64,000 nucleotides of DNA from Chrysomallon squamiferum (taxonomy: Eukaryota > Animalia > Mollusca), in assembly GCA_012295275.1 (NCBI GenBank), contig CM022670.1, positions 41,850,001 through 41,914,000 of the forward strand, read 5' to 3'. This document shows, piece after piece, positions 12,101-25,378 of this stretch (positions within the stretch are counted from its first letter, which is position 1; the number at the start of each line of letters is the position of its first letter). The notes beneath the pieces are model-generated. The model was not told the origin of the DNA, made no database searches, and saw only the letters and a list, made by a program, of their open reading frames with translations. Made by a program: the position numbers and the translations under genes.

Positions 12101-15100
12101 GAATGTTTTAAATGGGAATGTTTTAAATGTGAATGTTTTAAAAGTCAATGTTTTAAATGTGAATGTTTTAAAAGTAAATGTTTTAAAAGTAAATGTTTTA
12201 AATGTGAATGTTTTAAACGTGAATGTTTTAAAGGTGAATGTTTTAAACGTGAATGTTTTAAATCTGAATGTTTTAAATGTGAATGTTTTAAAAGTGAATG
12301 TTTTAAATGTGAATGTTTTCAATGTGAATGTTTCAAACATGCATGTTTTCAACGTGAATGTTTTAAATGTGTTTCCAGGAGAGGAGGAATGCGCAGAGGA
12401 AACAACAACTTGATCGCAAACTCAGAGAACTGGAGTCAAAACGGAGGAAAGTTAATCTGAAAAATCAAGAAGCCAAAATGGAGATTAAAGACTTTGAGGA
12501 CAAAATTGCTGAACTGTAAGTCTGAATGTCATAACAACATATTTCATGAATGTCTCATAGAAGGTTTAAATGTCATAACATATTTAATGAATTTGTCACA
12601 AAAAGTCTGAATGTTGTAACACATTTAATGAATTTGTCACATAAAGTCTTTTCTTTGTTGGTTGTTGTGTTTAAACTGTGTTATCCCCATACACAGACGT
12701 AACAGTATTTATGTGTAACTGTAACAGCTGTAACATTACTGATGGTTGATATCTGCCAGGGCAAAGCAGAGAGAGGCAGACAAAAAGAAGATGAAACGGA
12801 TGAGTAAAGACTTGGAGAACACGGAGCTGATGATGAGTGCCACACAGCAGGAGTTTAACGTGGTTGACAGCATCAACGCCCGCCTCAAAGAAGAGCTGCA
12901 GACAAAACAAGACGATGCTTTCAGGAAAGAAGAAACTCTCAAGGTTAAAACAGTTATTCAGCAAACACATCTCATCTTGTACATAACTAACACATCAACA
13001 AAGAGCAAACAAATGAAAAATTTACCTAAGTTTTATTTATATATTTATTTATTTGTATTATTTTTTTAACATCATATCTTTTGTCTGTAATATCATATCT
13101 GTCTGTAATTTTTTAATTTCAAAATAAACAATTTTTATTTATATGTAAGACATTGTTTTAAGACTGTATCAAAAAAAGGAAACTAGTTCAAGGATTTATT
13201 TTTTTATTACATAATATGTTAGTGTTACAGTGTATGTTACAGTGTATGTTATGGTGCTTTGTTACAGCAATCGGTGGATTCGTTCAGGAGACAGGTGAAG
13301 GAAGAGGTGCACTCTAGAACTGTCCTCCAGGCTCGAATCAGCTCAGACAGCATCGAGATCATCAAAACAAGAACTGACTCAGCAGCCAAGAAAGAAAAGG
13401 TTTTCATGTTCACACTAAACAGCACTTATCTGTACATGTGTAGGTGTGTCTGTGTGTGTGTGTGTGTGCGGGTATGTGTTTTGTGTTGTGTATCTGTGTG
13501 TCTGTTGTGTGGTTGTGTGTGTGTTGTGTGGTTGTGTGTGTGTTGTGTGTTGTGTGTGTTGTGTGTTGTGTGTCTGTGTGTGTTGTGTGGTTGTGTGTGT
13601 GTTGTGTGTTGTGTGTCTCTGTGTGTGTGTGTGTGTTGTGAGTGTAAGTATTGTTTGTGTTTTAATATTTGTCAATATTAGTATTTATATAAATGTTTGT
13701 GTGTGTATCTGTGTGTGTGTGTGTATGAATGTTGTTGTTTGTGTTTTATATTTGTATCTGTGTTTATATAAATGTTTGTGTGTATCTGTGTGTGAATGTG
13801 TGTTTGTGTATATGTATCAATTAACTGTGTGTGTGTGAGTGTGATGTATACAATTAACTGAGATATACTTTCAGGCGAAGACAATAGCGACGGAAGTAAA
13901 GAATGCAGTGACTAATGTCTTAGTCAAAGTTGAAAAACTCAGATCTGCTAAAGAAGTGAAACAACAAGTAAGTAAATTTTATAGTACTAGTTTTATTCCT
14001 ATTACTTTCTTTTTATTCTAGTTTTATTCCTATTACTAGTTTTAAACATATACTAGGTTTAAACACGTACACTTGTGTAGCTCAAATATGTACACTTATG
14101 TTGGTCAAACTCGTACACTTGTGTAGTTCAAACATGTATAGTTTTGTAGTTCAAACATGTATAGTTGTGCAGTTCAAACATGTACACTTATGTAGGTCAA
14201 ACATATACACTTATGTAGTTCAAACATGCATAGTTTTGTAGTTCAAACATGTATAGTTGTGCAGTTCAAACATGTACACTTGTGTAGTTCAAACATATAC
14301 ACTTGTGTAGGTCAAACATACACAGTTTTGTAGGTCAAACATGTACAGTTGTGTAGTTCATACAACAATGTTTTTTTTTTGTAGTCAAAACTGGATCTGA
14401 AGACATCTTTACAAGAGATTCAACTGAAACATTCAGACAGTAAGCTAGTTCTAGAGAAGAAAATCAGTGAAATGTCTCCATACCATGATAAACTCAAAGT
14501 GAGTAAAAGTCTTTTCTCAACCTTTATAAACATATCTCTCTCCATCATCTTGTTAATGTTTGACTTTTGTACATAACAAAGATTGTTTAATATATAACTT
14601 GTTAATATTTTAAATATTTTTAAATGTAAGTTGTTGTTAGTGGGACATTTATATATATATATTTAATATATAAAATTTTTATGCAGCATGTTAATATTTG
14701 TTATTTTCAAAATGTTTTAATGTATGTTAATACGTGTTAATTTTAACATGTTAAATGTGCAGGAGGATATTAAGGTGCTGGAAAAGAAGGAAGATCACAT
14801 GACGTGGCAGGCGCAGATGATGAAGAAGAACATCGAGGAGATGGACAGCTCGTCAGAAATCATGATCAGAGTTCAAAATACCACCGAGAAAATTATCAAG
14901 GACCTCAAGTTTGTTTCTCTCTTTTATTTATTTACTTTTTAAACCTAATTAAATAAAAATCTTGTACTGTAGTGATGTCTCTGTAGGGTTAGGGGTGGTG
15001 AAAGTCTGGTAGGAGAGAGGAGTGGATAGTCTTGTTACTGAGTAGTGGACAGTCTTGTTACTGAGTAGTTGACAGTCTTGTTACAGAGTAGTGGACAGTC

Positions 15101-18100
15101 TTGTTACAGAGTAGTTGACAGTCTTGTTACAGAGTAGTGGACAGTCTTGTTACAGAGTAATGTTTGTTAGCACAGATTTATAATTTATGAGATGAAAATG
15201 AAATTTTCAGAAGATTATATTTACATGTGGTCGACATGGAACTGTTACAACAACTAGTAAGTAATCAGTTTATATCTGTTTACAGATTACTGTTTTACTG
15301 CTTGTTCTGGTTGGTAAGGAGATGGTTACATAACTGCTCTTGTCAAAAATTATCTAGTAAATGAAAAGAAGAAGTAAAATATTATCTGATTTCACTAACT
15401 GAATTAAGTTTGGTAAATAATTCATACTGATCTTCTGGTAATAAACTTACTAACATTTATATTCTGTAGGGAAGTCTTTTTTGTTTCTTTTTTTTTCACA
15501 ATTGCTAAAATATAGTTATTTTGTTAAGCACAATCATTTATTTATTTATTTATTTATGTAATTTTTGTATTTATTTTCAGAGAGGATTTAATAGAACAAG
15601 AAATAAAACTTGGGTCAGTGAGATCTATACAAGAAAATCTGATTGAGATGTATCAGAATTTGTCAGGTGAGTAACCACACCTAGTGACCACACCTAGTAA
15701 CCACTCTTAGTAATGACTCTTAGTAACCATATTTAGTAACCACATTTAGTATCCACTTTTTGTAATCACCCTTAGGTACCAGACCTAGCAACCACTTGAG
15801 TAACAGTTAGTAACCAGTTTTAGTAAAGATATTTAGTAACCACATTTAGTAGCTACTCTTACTAACCACTCTTGTTAACTGTGCTTTGTAACCACACTTA
15901 ATAATCATTCTGAATAACTTAGTAAGCACACTTAGTAACCAATCTTAGTAACCACTCTTAGTAACCAGCTTATGTAACTACACTTAGTAAACATATTTAG
16001 AAACGTAAACCAAACACTTCTTAACCAAACTTAGTAACAGTGGTTAGTAAGCATGCTTAGAAGAATAATCAGTGAAAACACTTGAAAGAAACTTGGTAAA
16101 CATATTTATCCATGCTAAATATAACTGTATATGTAAAACAAACTGAGTAAGCATTTAATAGCTTAGTAGTATTGTGTGTATGTGTGATGTGTGTATGTAT
16201 GTGATGTGTGTGTGTGTGTATGATGTGTGTGTGTGTGATGTGTGATGTGTGTGTAGTGTGATGTGTGTATGTGTGATGTGTGTTTGTTATGTGTGTGCAC
16301 TTAGTAACCATGCATAGTAACCATATTAAGTAATAAGTGCATTTAGTAAACTGACAGTGGTGTTATATTTATTTCTTTGTTCACTGTGAGGGTTACATGA
16401 TGGTGTAAGTATTGTTGTGTGTTTTACAGATAAGCTATACAACAATGATCACAAACATAAAAGACTGATTGATGATCGCAATGTTGTGCTTGCCAGACAC
16501 AAGGTGAGTTTGCTTTTTCATTTACAACACCAGAGAAAAACTTTTAAAGTGAAGTAAAAATCCAAAACCCTAGATACAATACACACAGTGTGGCAGTTGT
16601 AAAACCCTGAATACAATACACACAGTGTGGCAGTTGTAAAACCCTGGATACAATACACACTTTTGACAGTTGTAAAACCCTGCATTTTGCACACAGTTTA
16701 TCAAAACACTGGATTCAGTGCACACTGTTTGGCAGTTGGAAACACTGTATACAATAAACACAGTTTGACAGTTGGAAAACCCTGGATACAGATACTAATG
16801 TTTGATTGCAAAATACTGGATAACAGATACACATAGTTGGCATTGTAAAACACTGGATACAATACACACAGTGTGGCAGTTAGTAAAACCCTGGATTTGA
16901 TTGTAGGATACTTGTAAAACCCTGGATACAATATACACAGTGTGACAGTTGTAAAACCCTGGATACAATACACACTGTTACCTGCATTTTCACCTTTTAT
17001 CAAAAACTGTGTTTCCTTGCTGCTGTTTAATTGTAGGATACTCTGTGTAACAGGTAGTAATGTTTGATTGTAGGATACTCCCTGTAACAGATACTAATGT
17101 TTGATTGTAGGATACTCTGTGTAACAGATAGTAATATTTGATTGTAGGATACTCTGTGTAACAGATAGTAATATTTGATTGTAGGATACTCTGTGTAACA
17201 GATACTAATGTTTGATTGTAGGATACTCTGTGTAACAGAGACTAATGTTTGATTGTAGGATACTCTGTGTAACAGATAGTAATATTTGATTGTAGGATAC
17301 TCTGTGTAACAGATAGCAATGTTTGATTGTAGGATACTGTGTGTAACAGATAGTAATGTTTGATTGTAGGATACTTTGTGTAACAGGTAGTAATGTTTGA
17401 TTTAGGATACTCTGTGTAACAATTACTAATGTTTGATTGTAGGATCCTCTGTGTAACAGATAGTAATATTTGATTGTAGGATACTCTGTGTAACAGATAG
17501 TAATGTTTGATTGTAGGATACTCTGTGTAACAGATAGTAATGTTTGATTGTAGGATACTCTGTGTAACAGGTAGTAATGTTTGATTTAGGATACTCTGTG
17601 TAACAATTACTAATGTTTGATTGTAGGATACTCTGTGTAACAGGTAGTAATGTTTGATTGTAGGATACTCTGTGTAAAGATACTAATGTTTGATTGTAGG
17701 ATACTCTGTGTAAAGATACTAATGTTTGATTGTAGGATACTCCCTGTAACAGGTACTAATGTTTGATTGTAGGATACTCTGTGTAACAGATAGTAATATT
17801 TGATTGTAGGATAAAGATACTAATGTTTGTTGTAACAGATAGATAATGTTTGATTGTAGGATACTCCCTGTAACAGGTACTAATGTTTGATTGTAGGATA
17901 CTGTGTGTAACAGATAGTAATATTTGATTGTAGGATACTCTGTGTAACAGATAGTAATGTTCGATTGTAGGATACTCTGTGTAACAGGTAGTAATGTTTG
18001 ATTGTAGGATACTCTGTTTATAGATACTAATGTTTGATTGTAGGATACTCTGTTTATAGATTCTAATGTTTGATTGTAGGATACTATGTGTAACAGATAG

Positions 18101-19683
18101 TAATGTTTGATTGTAGGATACTCTGTGTAACAGATACTAATGTTTGATTGTAGGATACTCTGTTTATAGATACTAATGTTTGATTGTAGGATACTGTGTG
18201 TAACAGATAGTAATGTTTGATTGTAGGATACTCTGTAAAGATACTAATGTTTGATTGTAGGATACTGTGTGTAACATATAGTAATGTTTGATTGTAGGAT
18301 ACTCTGTGTAAAGATACTAATGTTTGATTGTAGGATACTCTGTGTAACAGGTAGTAATGTTTGTAGGATACTCTGTGTAAAGATATTAATGTTTGATTGT
18401 AGGATACTCTGTTTATAGATACTAATGTTTGATTGTAGGATACTCTGTGTAAAGATACTAATGTTTGATTGTAGGGTACTCTGTGTAAAGATACTAATGT
18501 TTGATTGTAGGATACTCTGTGTAAAGATACTAACGTTTGATTGTAGGATGTAAAGCACGAGGCACTGAAAAGGAACAAGGAGCTGGCCTCACGCTACAGA
18601 CAACTGCAGAACGAGTATTTCACAATTAAAGAAAAGCTGCTGCACGGTTATGAAGATCAGGTGAAAACTGAGAGTTCTCTGAAAGATGTGAAACGGGTAA
18701 CATTTTACTTTTTATTTTTATAAACATCCATCAGACTGTTACATTTTTAATGTACTGTTTTATTATTATTATTTTTTTAATTATTTTATTTATACATATT
18801 CAGATTATTTTTGTACTGTTTTATTATTATTTTTTTTATTTTATTTATACATATCCATCAGATTGTTACATTTTTAATGTACTGTTTTATTATTATTTTT
18901 TAAAATTATTTTATTTATACATATCCATCAGATTGTTACATTTTTAATGTACTGTTTTATTATTATTTTTTAAATTATTTTATTTATAAATATCCTTCAG
19001 ATTGTTACATTGTTGATGCACTCTTTGGTTTTTATAGTAATTAATTTTATGAATTTACACATTCTTTATAAATAAAACTATATACCAAGTTTCATGTAAA
19101 ATATATATGTTATTATTAGTTTTAGTGTTAAATATATTGATACATATTATTTTTATTAAGTAAAATACATAGGTATACATGTTATTATTTTTTTGTTAAT
19201 GTCAACTCTACAGACACATATTATTTTTATTAAACTGAAATAGTTTGCTTTTATCAGATATAACAGACGCTGTTTACACTGTGTCAGTATTCTGAGGTGT
19301 GAATATTTCTCTGTGTAGTGTTGTTAATATTGTACTCCAATAGTCTAGTTTGTTTTTTACGTCAGTGTGTGAAGGAATATTAAACGAGATATATTTTTTA
19401 ACACTGTCTGATTTTCACATTCCAGCTGCATTCTCTGCAGAGGAAACTACATGCGGCTCTCACTGAGTATTTCAAACTGAGTGGTCTGTATCATAAGCAG
19501 GAACTACAAAAACTGAATGATGAGTCGAGCCTCAATGGCCAGCAGATAGAACACCTCCAGCACGAGATGAACGTTGCGCTGGCTGAAATCACTCAGTTCC
19601 TCAAAGAAGAGATGACTCCTGACGTGAAAAAGACTCCAAGACAGAGAAACCAAGCACAAAGCTCTGTCTTACTCACTGTGTGA
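5533..19683 (+). CDS. CCDC178: Coiled-coil domain-containing protein 178-like, 20 coding exons, about 900 aa if the exon-3 frame is repaired
   Basis: Exons: 5533-5614, 5865-5933, 6258-6483, 6896-7045, 7711-7917, 8598-8748, 9229-9298, 10296-10438, 10819-10972, 11267-11362, 12379-12515, 12760-12943, 13268-13399, 13875-13967, 14385-14498, 14763-14908, 15581-15666, 16430-16503, 18547-18696, 19426-19683 (TGA). All are GT-AG with matching phases, except a 19-nt excess inside exon 3. Recognised motifs: RRRSCEL..TPCV.KA.SHL, LPVLVQKEHEACIIDLNELQWH, DISFVKKHIPLVQEK, LQRKLHAALTEYFK. Heptad-rich throughout. Confidence 0.85.
6032..6255. repeat. (CT)n microsatellite running into the CCDC178 exon-3 acceptor
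   Basis: Long pure and interrupted CT tract ending at CTCTCAG (6257). Confidence 0.95.
7045..7281. repeat. Degenerate ~20-bp minisatellite starting at a splice donor
   Basis: Unit about ACTGGTCAGTGTCCACTATA; it repeats the GGTCAGTG of the exon-4 donor. Confidence 0.7.
8205..8582. repeat. AT-rich 35-40-bp minisatellite ending just before an acceptor
   Basis: Unit TTATTTAAGTAAACTGTTTAGTTTTGTTATTTAAATTAAG, about 9 copies. Confidence 0.85.
9485..10175. repeat. 38-bp minisatellite, about 17 copies
   Basis: Unit TCTTGTACATTCAGATACAATACATCTATAGAGTTAAA, near-perfect in 9600-10170. Confidence 0.95.
10548..10776. repeat. Degenerate ~40-bp minisatellite
   Basis: Unit about TTAGATTGGTTTTAGCTGTATTTGTAATGTTTTGTTGTG. 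Confidence 0.8.
11633..12374. repeat. 15-bp minisatellite, roughly 45-50 copies, ending at the acceptor of exon 12379
   Basis: Unit GAATGTTTTAAATGT; it produces the spurious NVLNV/KTFTF ORFs. Confidence 0.95.
14055..14365. repeat. 23-bp minisatellite resembling the downstream acceptor
   Basis: Unit ACTTGTGTAGTTCAAACATGTAC; the true acceptor is TTTGTAG|TCAAAAC at 14384/14385. Confidence 0.9.
15018..15158. repeat. 23-bp minisatellite, about 6 copies
   Basis: Unit GAGTAGTGGACAGTCTTGTTACA. Confidence 0.9.
15667..16060. repeat. Degenerate ~14-bp repeat beginning at a splice donor
   Basis: Core TTAGTAACCAC, starting from the donor GTGAGTAACCAC at 15667. Confidence 0.75.
16564..16980. repeat. 37-bp minisatellite (diverged relative of the next array)
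   Basis: Unit AAAACCCTGGATACAATACACACAGTGTGGCAGTTGT, with hybrid units at about 16785-16830 and 16895-16912. Confidence 0.85.
17031..18549. repeat. 37-bp minisatellite, about 41 copies, whose last unit is the real acceptor of exon 18547
   Basis: Unit TTGTAGGATACTCTGTGTAACAGATA(C/G)TAATGTTTGA; the final unit reads TTTGATTGTAG|GATGTAAAG. Confidence 0.97.
18697..19020. repeat. ~70-bp degenerate tandem repeat following a donor
   Basis: Unit about ATCCATCAGATTGTTACATTTTTAATGTACTGTTTTATTATTATTTTT, about 4 copies. Confidence 0.8.
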
Positions 19684-21014
19684 ACTTGTTAAACATGTTT
19701 TCTAATATTTTGTATCTGTTTGTACCTGCCTTCTCATTTTTAATAGCTTAAACAGTTTTATAATAGTCTTTACATTTCATAAATAATTTACATATCAATG
19801 CAAATATGTATGTTTAACTAGATCTATGCATACATTTAAATATATATAGATATATATATATGTATGTAATATGTACACACACACACACACACACACACAC
19901 ACGACACACATACAAATATATATTTTATTTATTTATTATTTTAAACAGACAAAATTTAAGTAATGTGCCATCTACTTTGTTCATTCTACATGGAGATAAA
20001 ACCCTTGAGCCACATGTAATTCTGTTTTAATGTTTAATATTCATAACAGTTTACATTCCTCCAGTATCTCTTTTTAATATTTTTTTTTATATATATTTAA
20101 TTCACTTGAAAGCATTCTGAAAACTAACTCGCCAGATATGATTTTTAGCTGAAGCTAAAAATATTACTTCTTCATCCTCTTTAATATGACTGTAAGTTGT
20201 AAAAAAACTGACTGTATTGAATATATACTGTATACAATGCATTATAATTGTGTTAAATTGTAATTTGTATAGTGCAAACAATATGTTATAATGTGTTATA
20301 TTATACATTGTGTTAATGTGCATACAATATATTATAATGCCTTATATTGTACACTGTATTACATTATATCGTTGTTTTGTACAGTGGATTATAGTCGATA
20401 CAGTCCATTATTCCGCGTACACGGTAGTATATTGAATACACTATTATATTATATTATATTATATTATATTATATTATATAGAATAAAATATGGTATAATA
20501 TTCTACAATGTATTACTGTAAAACAGTGTGCGATATGATAAACTACGTCGTATTGCATTGCGTATCGTATTACTCACTATGACGTAATATTTATGTTGAA
20601 TTTAACAATGTAGATTGCAATACGTTGTAATGGATTGTAATAGACTGTAATACAGTGTAATATATTGTAACACATGGTCATATTTTGTAACAGATCGTAA
20701 CACATGGTAATATATTGTAATAGATAGAATTATAATTGTACTGCTGATACTAATACCGTAACTATGATACTTGCCTTCATTTCAAATAACCTTTTAATGA
20801 ACCTATTTTATAAATGAATATTTTGAGACTGTATTGATGTCGGTTTACATTATTTTCTGTGATACAGTTTGCCAAAGTAAAGCGAGTATTTTAAACTCTT
20901 GCTACATTTTGATACGTATTTTTGTTTGAATCTATGTCGTTTATTTCTTAGATTTTAATTTAATGGTTTTATTGTTAGCTTTGCTATTTTGCTGAACGGT
21001 TACGTTATCAAGTT

Positions 21015-21048
<34 letters not shown>

Positions 21049-21220
21049 ATAATAAATAAATAAACTATAAGCACTTTTAAAAAAGTTTTTAATCTGAAAA
21101 AACAACAAACAAAACGTTTGAACAAAAAATGTGTTTTTCTGAAAATTTTACCTGTTAAAAAAGAAACTTTCAGATTTTAACATTGTATCTGCGATTATTT
21201 AGTAATAATCAGCAAATCAC

Positions 21221-21311
<91 letters not shown>

Positions 21312-21639
21312 TGATGATAACGATGATTATTGTATTCACTTTTGTTTGAACGTAATTAAAAAAAACCCAGTAATAATAAATTTTCGATTTTGCTCAAAGC
21401 GTTATTATTTTTATGTAAAGCAATAACTTTATATAGTGTGTTTATTTGGGCTTGGTCTAAATTTTATGTTAAAAAGATTTTAATTTATTTAAATATATGC
21501 ATATAATAGTTTTCTAGTTCAGACACACATACACAAACTTACATAGGCAGAAAGCAGTTGGTCTAATTACTTCATTGTATGTATATATGTAAAACACTAC
21601 TGCTACCGCTACTACTATTACTATTACTATTACTACTGG

Positions 21640-21686
<47 letters not shown>

Positions 21687-22608
21687 TTAAATAAGGTACA
21701 TCACATATGCGCCACTTTATTATTATTTTTTTCTATTTATCTGTTACTTTATAGTCTTTATTTCTATTTATAAAAATTATATTATCAACACAACAACGTG
21801 TAAAGCAGAAATTTATGAATAAATAAATAAATAAAACAGTTTTTATTATCTGCAACGATAAAGTATTTTATTACAAAAACATTCGACGTAGAAATGTAAG
21901 AATAATAAAAAAGCCTGTCAGTGATAGATGGTGCAGTTGTTTTTCTCCTGACAGAGAAGCGATCAAATGACAAACAGCATTAAACACTCGTTTACTGTCA
22001 CTGCATGTCAAGACAGATTCCAACACACGTAAAACTGGGTACAAAGCAACATGAAAAGGAACAAACAAGTAAAGCAAAACCAAATAATATTGATAGAAAT
22101 CAGATTTCGAAAACCTGTTTAATCTGACATCATGAGGTACAGTGCTTTAATTATAATGACATTATACACACAGACACACAAAACACATATCGCACATAGA
22201 GTGTACACACAACACACACATACAACAAACACATAACACACAAAAACACAATGCACATGAACACACACATAAACAACACATACACAACAACACCTACAGA
22301 ACACACACACACTACATAATATTTTTGTAAGGAGTTAATCTCCATTTCATTTGCTTACAGGTAATATTCACAAAAAAGTTAGGAAATAATAAATAGCAAT
22401 AAATAAAATAAATAAAAAGTTAATGTTTCAATAGACCAAGAGCTTCATTTTGTTTTTATTATTTGATCAGTAATTAACACAGCAAATTCTTACTTTACGT
22501 ATGTTGTATACAAAAACAATCTCAACCAGCAGTTTTTAATACCAAAGTATCATCCAGTCTTTTAAATATTATATACATACTGCATGATTTATTCATTAAC
22601 ATACATGC

Positions 22609-22723
<115 letters not shown>

Positions 22724-22805
22724 GCGTGCAAATGGTATATCTGTTATTCTGTATAAAAATTCAGATGATACTTCAGGTTCGAGTTGATCAAACATTTTGA
22801 AAATG

Positions 22806-23771
22806 TCAAACTTGAAATCTCATTTCAAAATAATCTCTCTCTGAGTAGGTTCCCTGTATGAACTGTCCGTCATGGGCGAGGAAGCCTGTGTACATAATGT
22901 TACATTTTCCTATTGAGTGTTTGTGTTTTTCTAGATACTGCTTCCGGAAATTGATTCGTTGCTCTGAGCAAGTTCCGTCCACAGAAAATGCCCCGGTTTT
23001 GTCAAATCCTTTACCGGAAAAGCTGTCCAAGCTGAAGCTGAGATCCACGGTGAACGAGACATCTCTTTTATCTTCAACGTGGAATCCTTTCCAGCGACCG
23101 CAGCGAGGCCATGTTGGTTCTTTCGTTTCAGCTTTTTCTTCAGAATAATTTATCTTAAAGATGTCCACTTTGCCGCATCGGTAAATTCCGGAAATTTCCG
23201 TGCCGTCATTCGCGATTACTCCTTCGTGAATGACTTCGTCCGCTCCCACGTAACTCTTTGTGAAGTGGATCGCCTTTCCCTCCCACACACCTTTCAGATT
23301 GAACTGACCAATGGAATCAAACCCTCGACCTATGATACTTCCGTACGACCGGTAAAACATGTCAACAGTGAACTGATAGCTCTTCCCGCCCTGTCGGTAG
23401 GAACCGTTCCACTTTCCTGTTTTCGGCTGCCAGTTTAACGGAAGTGCTGTTTCGTCCTCCTCCGAAATGTTCATTTCAAATCTTTCTTTGCCCCAGCACT
23501 TCCCCGCCACGTGACTGCCTTTGTTGACAATTCTGCCGTCGAGATGAAAACCATGGTCATTCTCACCAAAATAGTGCTTCAGCATTCTAATTCTTCCTTC
23601 AGTCGGTTCCCAGGTGCCCGTGACATAGAATTCGTTTACGTCATCGAGTCCAGTACCCGACAACTTCCGGTCAGAGAAGAAGACGATGGTAATAGTGAAG
23701 TGTTTTTTGTCTCCCGCCAGTTCCTGGAAACCCAGCCATTTCCCCGACTTTGGACTTAAATGACTTGACAT
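22806..23771 (-). CDS. Uncharacterised ~321-aa protein of three tandem ~100-aa beta-rich domains, in one coding exon
   Basis: Open frame 23786-22806 after an acceptor (TTTTCAG, 23787-23788); first ATG at 23771. Three repeats share P..G.W.G....G....FT....F......G.G.D..G.F...G.......I.F.K.Y.........G.....G..I.G......F.M/I. No obvious signal peptide or transmembrane segment. An upstream phase-0 coding exon cannot be excluded. Confidence 0.85.
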   Translation of the reverse strand: MSSHLSPKSGKWLGFQELAGDKKHFTITIVFFSDRKLSGTGLDDVNEFYVTGTWEPTEGRIRMLKHYFGENDHGFHLDGRIVNKGSHVAGKCWGKERFEMNISEEDETALPLNWQPKTGKWNGSYRQGGKSYQFTVDMFYRSYGSIIGRGFDSIGQFNLKGVWEGKAIHFTKSYVGADEVIHEGVIANDGTEISGIYRCGKVDIFKINYSEEKAETKEPTWPRCGRWKGFHVEDKRDVSFTVDLSFSLDSFSGKGFDKTGAFSVDGTCSEQRINFRKQYLEKHKHSIGKCNIMYTGFLAHDGQFIQGTYSERDYFEMRFQV

Positions 23772-24520
23772 TCTCACTGGCTTCGTCTGAAAATTAAACA
23801 GAATGTTTGGAATAAAGCAAAGAAATTATATTATATTATTTATTTATTTATTTATTTATTTACTTGTTTATTTATTTACTTGTGTATTCTTTATTTACAC
23901 TGTTGCTGTTGTTGTTTTTGTTATTATCCTTGATTAAGTCTATCTGCGATACATGAAAGGTTATGATGTCCCAATAGCCTAAAAATGATCGTTCTTTTTT
24001 ATTTTTTATTTTTATTAATGTATGTATGTATGTATGTATGTATGTGTGTATGTATGTATGTATGTATTTCGTTATTAATTAACATTTTATTGCAAAAAAT
24101 CAATATAACTTGTAATTAAGGAGAATACATTCAGACTGTTCCGTAGTTACAGAAAGAAACCCTTTCACAAGAACAAAACAGTTTATAGTATTCACTGGAA
24201 CGAAGTAGGATAGGTAATAAAAGTATGGGTTGAACCCAAATCTTCCACGGAATGGTTAGAAACAGATAATTTGTTATTTGTAACGTAATAACGACAGGAA
24301 GAAGGCAGGCGTTGATAATATAAATCAGATTTTTAACGAACAATAAAATAAAATATTTAAATTTAAAGTTTATGTGGGTTTATGTTGGTTTATGGGGGAT
24401 TTTGTTACCAGTGATTTTGTTGTTAATGACTTACAACAATGATTTATACATTGTCCTTTACTAAATATATATGAGAGTGTCAGACAGATATTTACATAGA
24501 AAGAAAGAAAAACAAAACAT

Positions 24521-24609
<89 letters not shown>

Positions 24610-25327
24610 AACAAAAATTAAAGATGAAAGCCATAAAAAAAAAGAAAAAAGAAAGCATTCTAGTAATAATATTTTATATATATATATATATGCACATATA
24701 ATTTAAAATAAATAAAATAAAATAAGAATAATATTAATCACATTTTTTTTTTTTTTTCTAGCGGTTGTTTTCTTGTTGGAGTATTTTTTCTTTCAGGCAA
24801 TATTACCTGGCAGCAAGTCTATAAACACAGCTTCATAAAATAATATTTATCATTGTATTTTATTGTACTTACCTTATTAATACTGAGTGGAAAATTATTC
24901 ACTTAACTCTGTCCATGTAAGTTGTTGTATTTGAAAATATATGATTAATTCGTTCTTGCTGTCTTTACCTACAGTGTATATGTGTGTGTGTGTGTTTGTG
25001 CGTGTGTGCGTGTGTGTGTGTGTGTGTGTGTTTGCGTGTGTGCGTGTGTGGTAAATTATTTATTTTAACGTTAATATGATTCATTTCTGATTTATAAATT
25101 CCAATAAAACGCATACATAACTATGTATTTCCCACAAAATACAAAAGTTTACGACATTAAACATGATGTTAAAATAAGACTACACTGCAGTAAATTCAAA
25201 CATTTCATATAAAGCGTTTCATTAATAAGCCTATCACTAAAATCACAAAGTTAATAAACTACAAATCACCTGACATTTGTTGTTATAACTGCCACTGCTA
25301 ACATAAGCAATAGTTATAGGGGTGTAC

Positions 25328-25378
<51 letters not shown>

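Noticed and set aside
11501-12460. NVLNV / KTFTF / KCECF repeat ORFs
   Set aside because: Translations of a 15-bp intronic minisatellite, open in several frames on both strands.
18084-18578. 164-aa YNQTLVSLHRVS repeat ORF
   Set aside because: Antisense reading of the acceptor array; unit length varies and the frame is not kept along the array.
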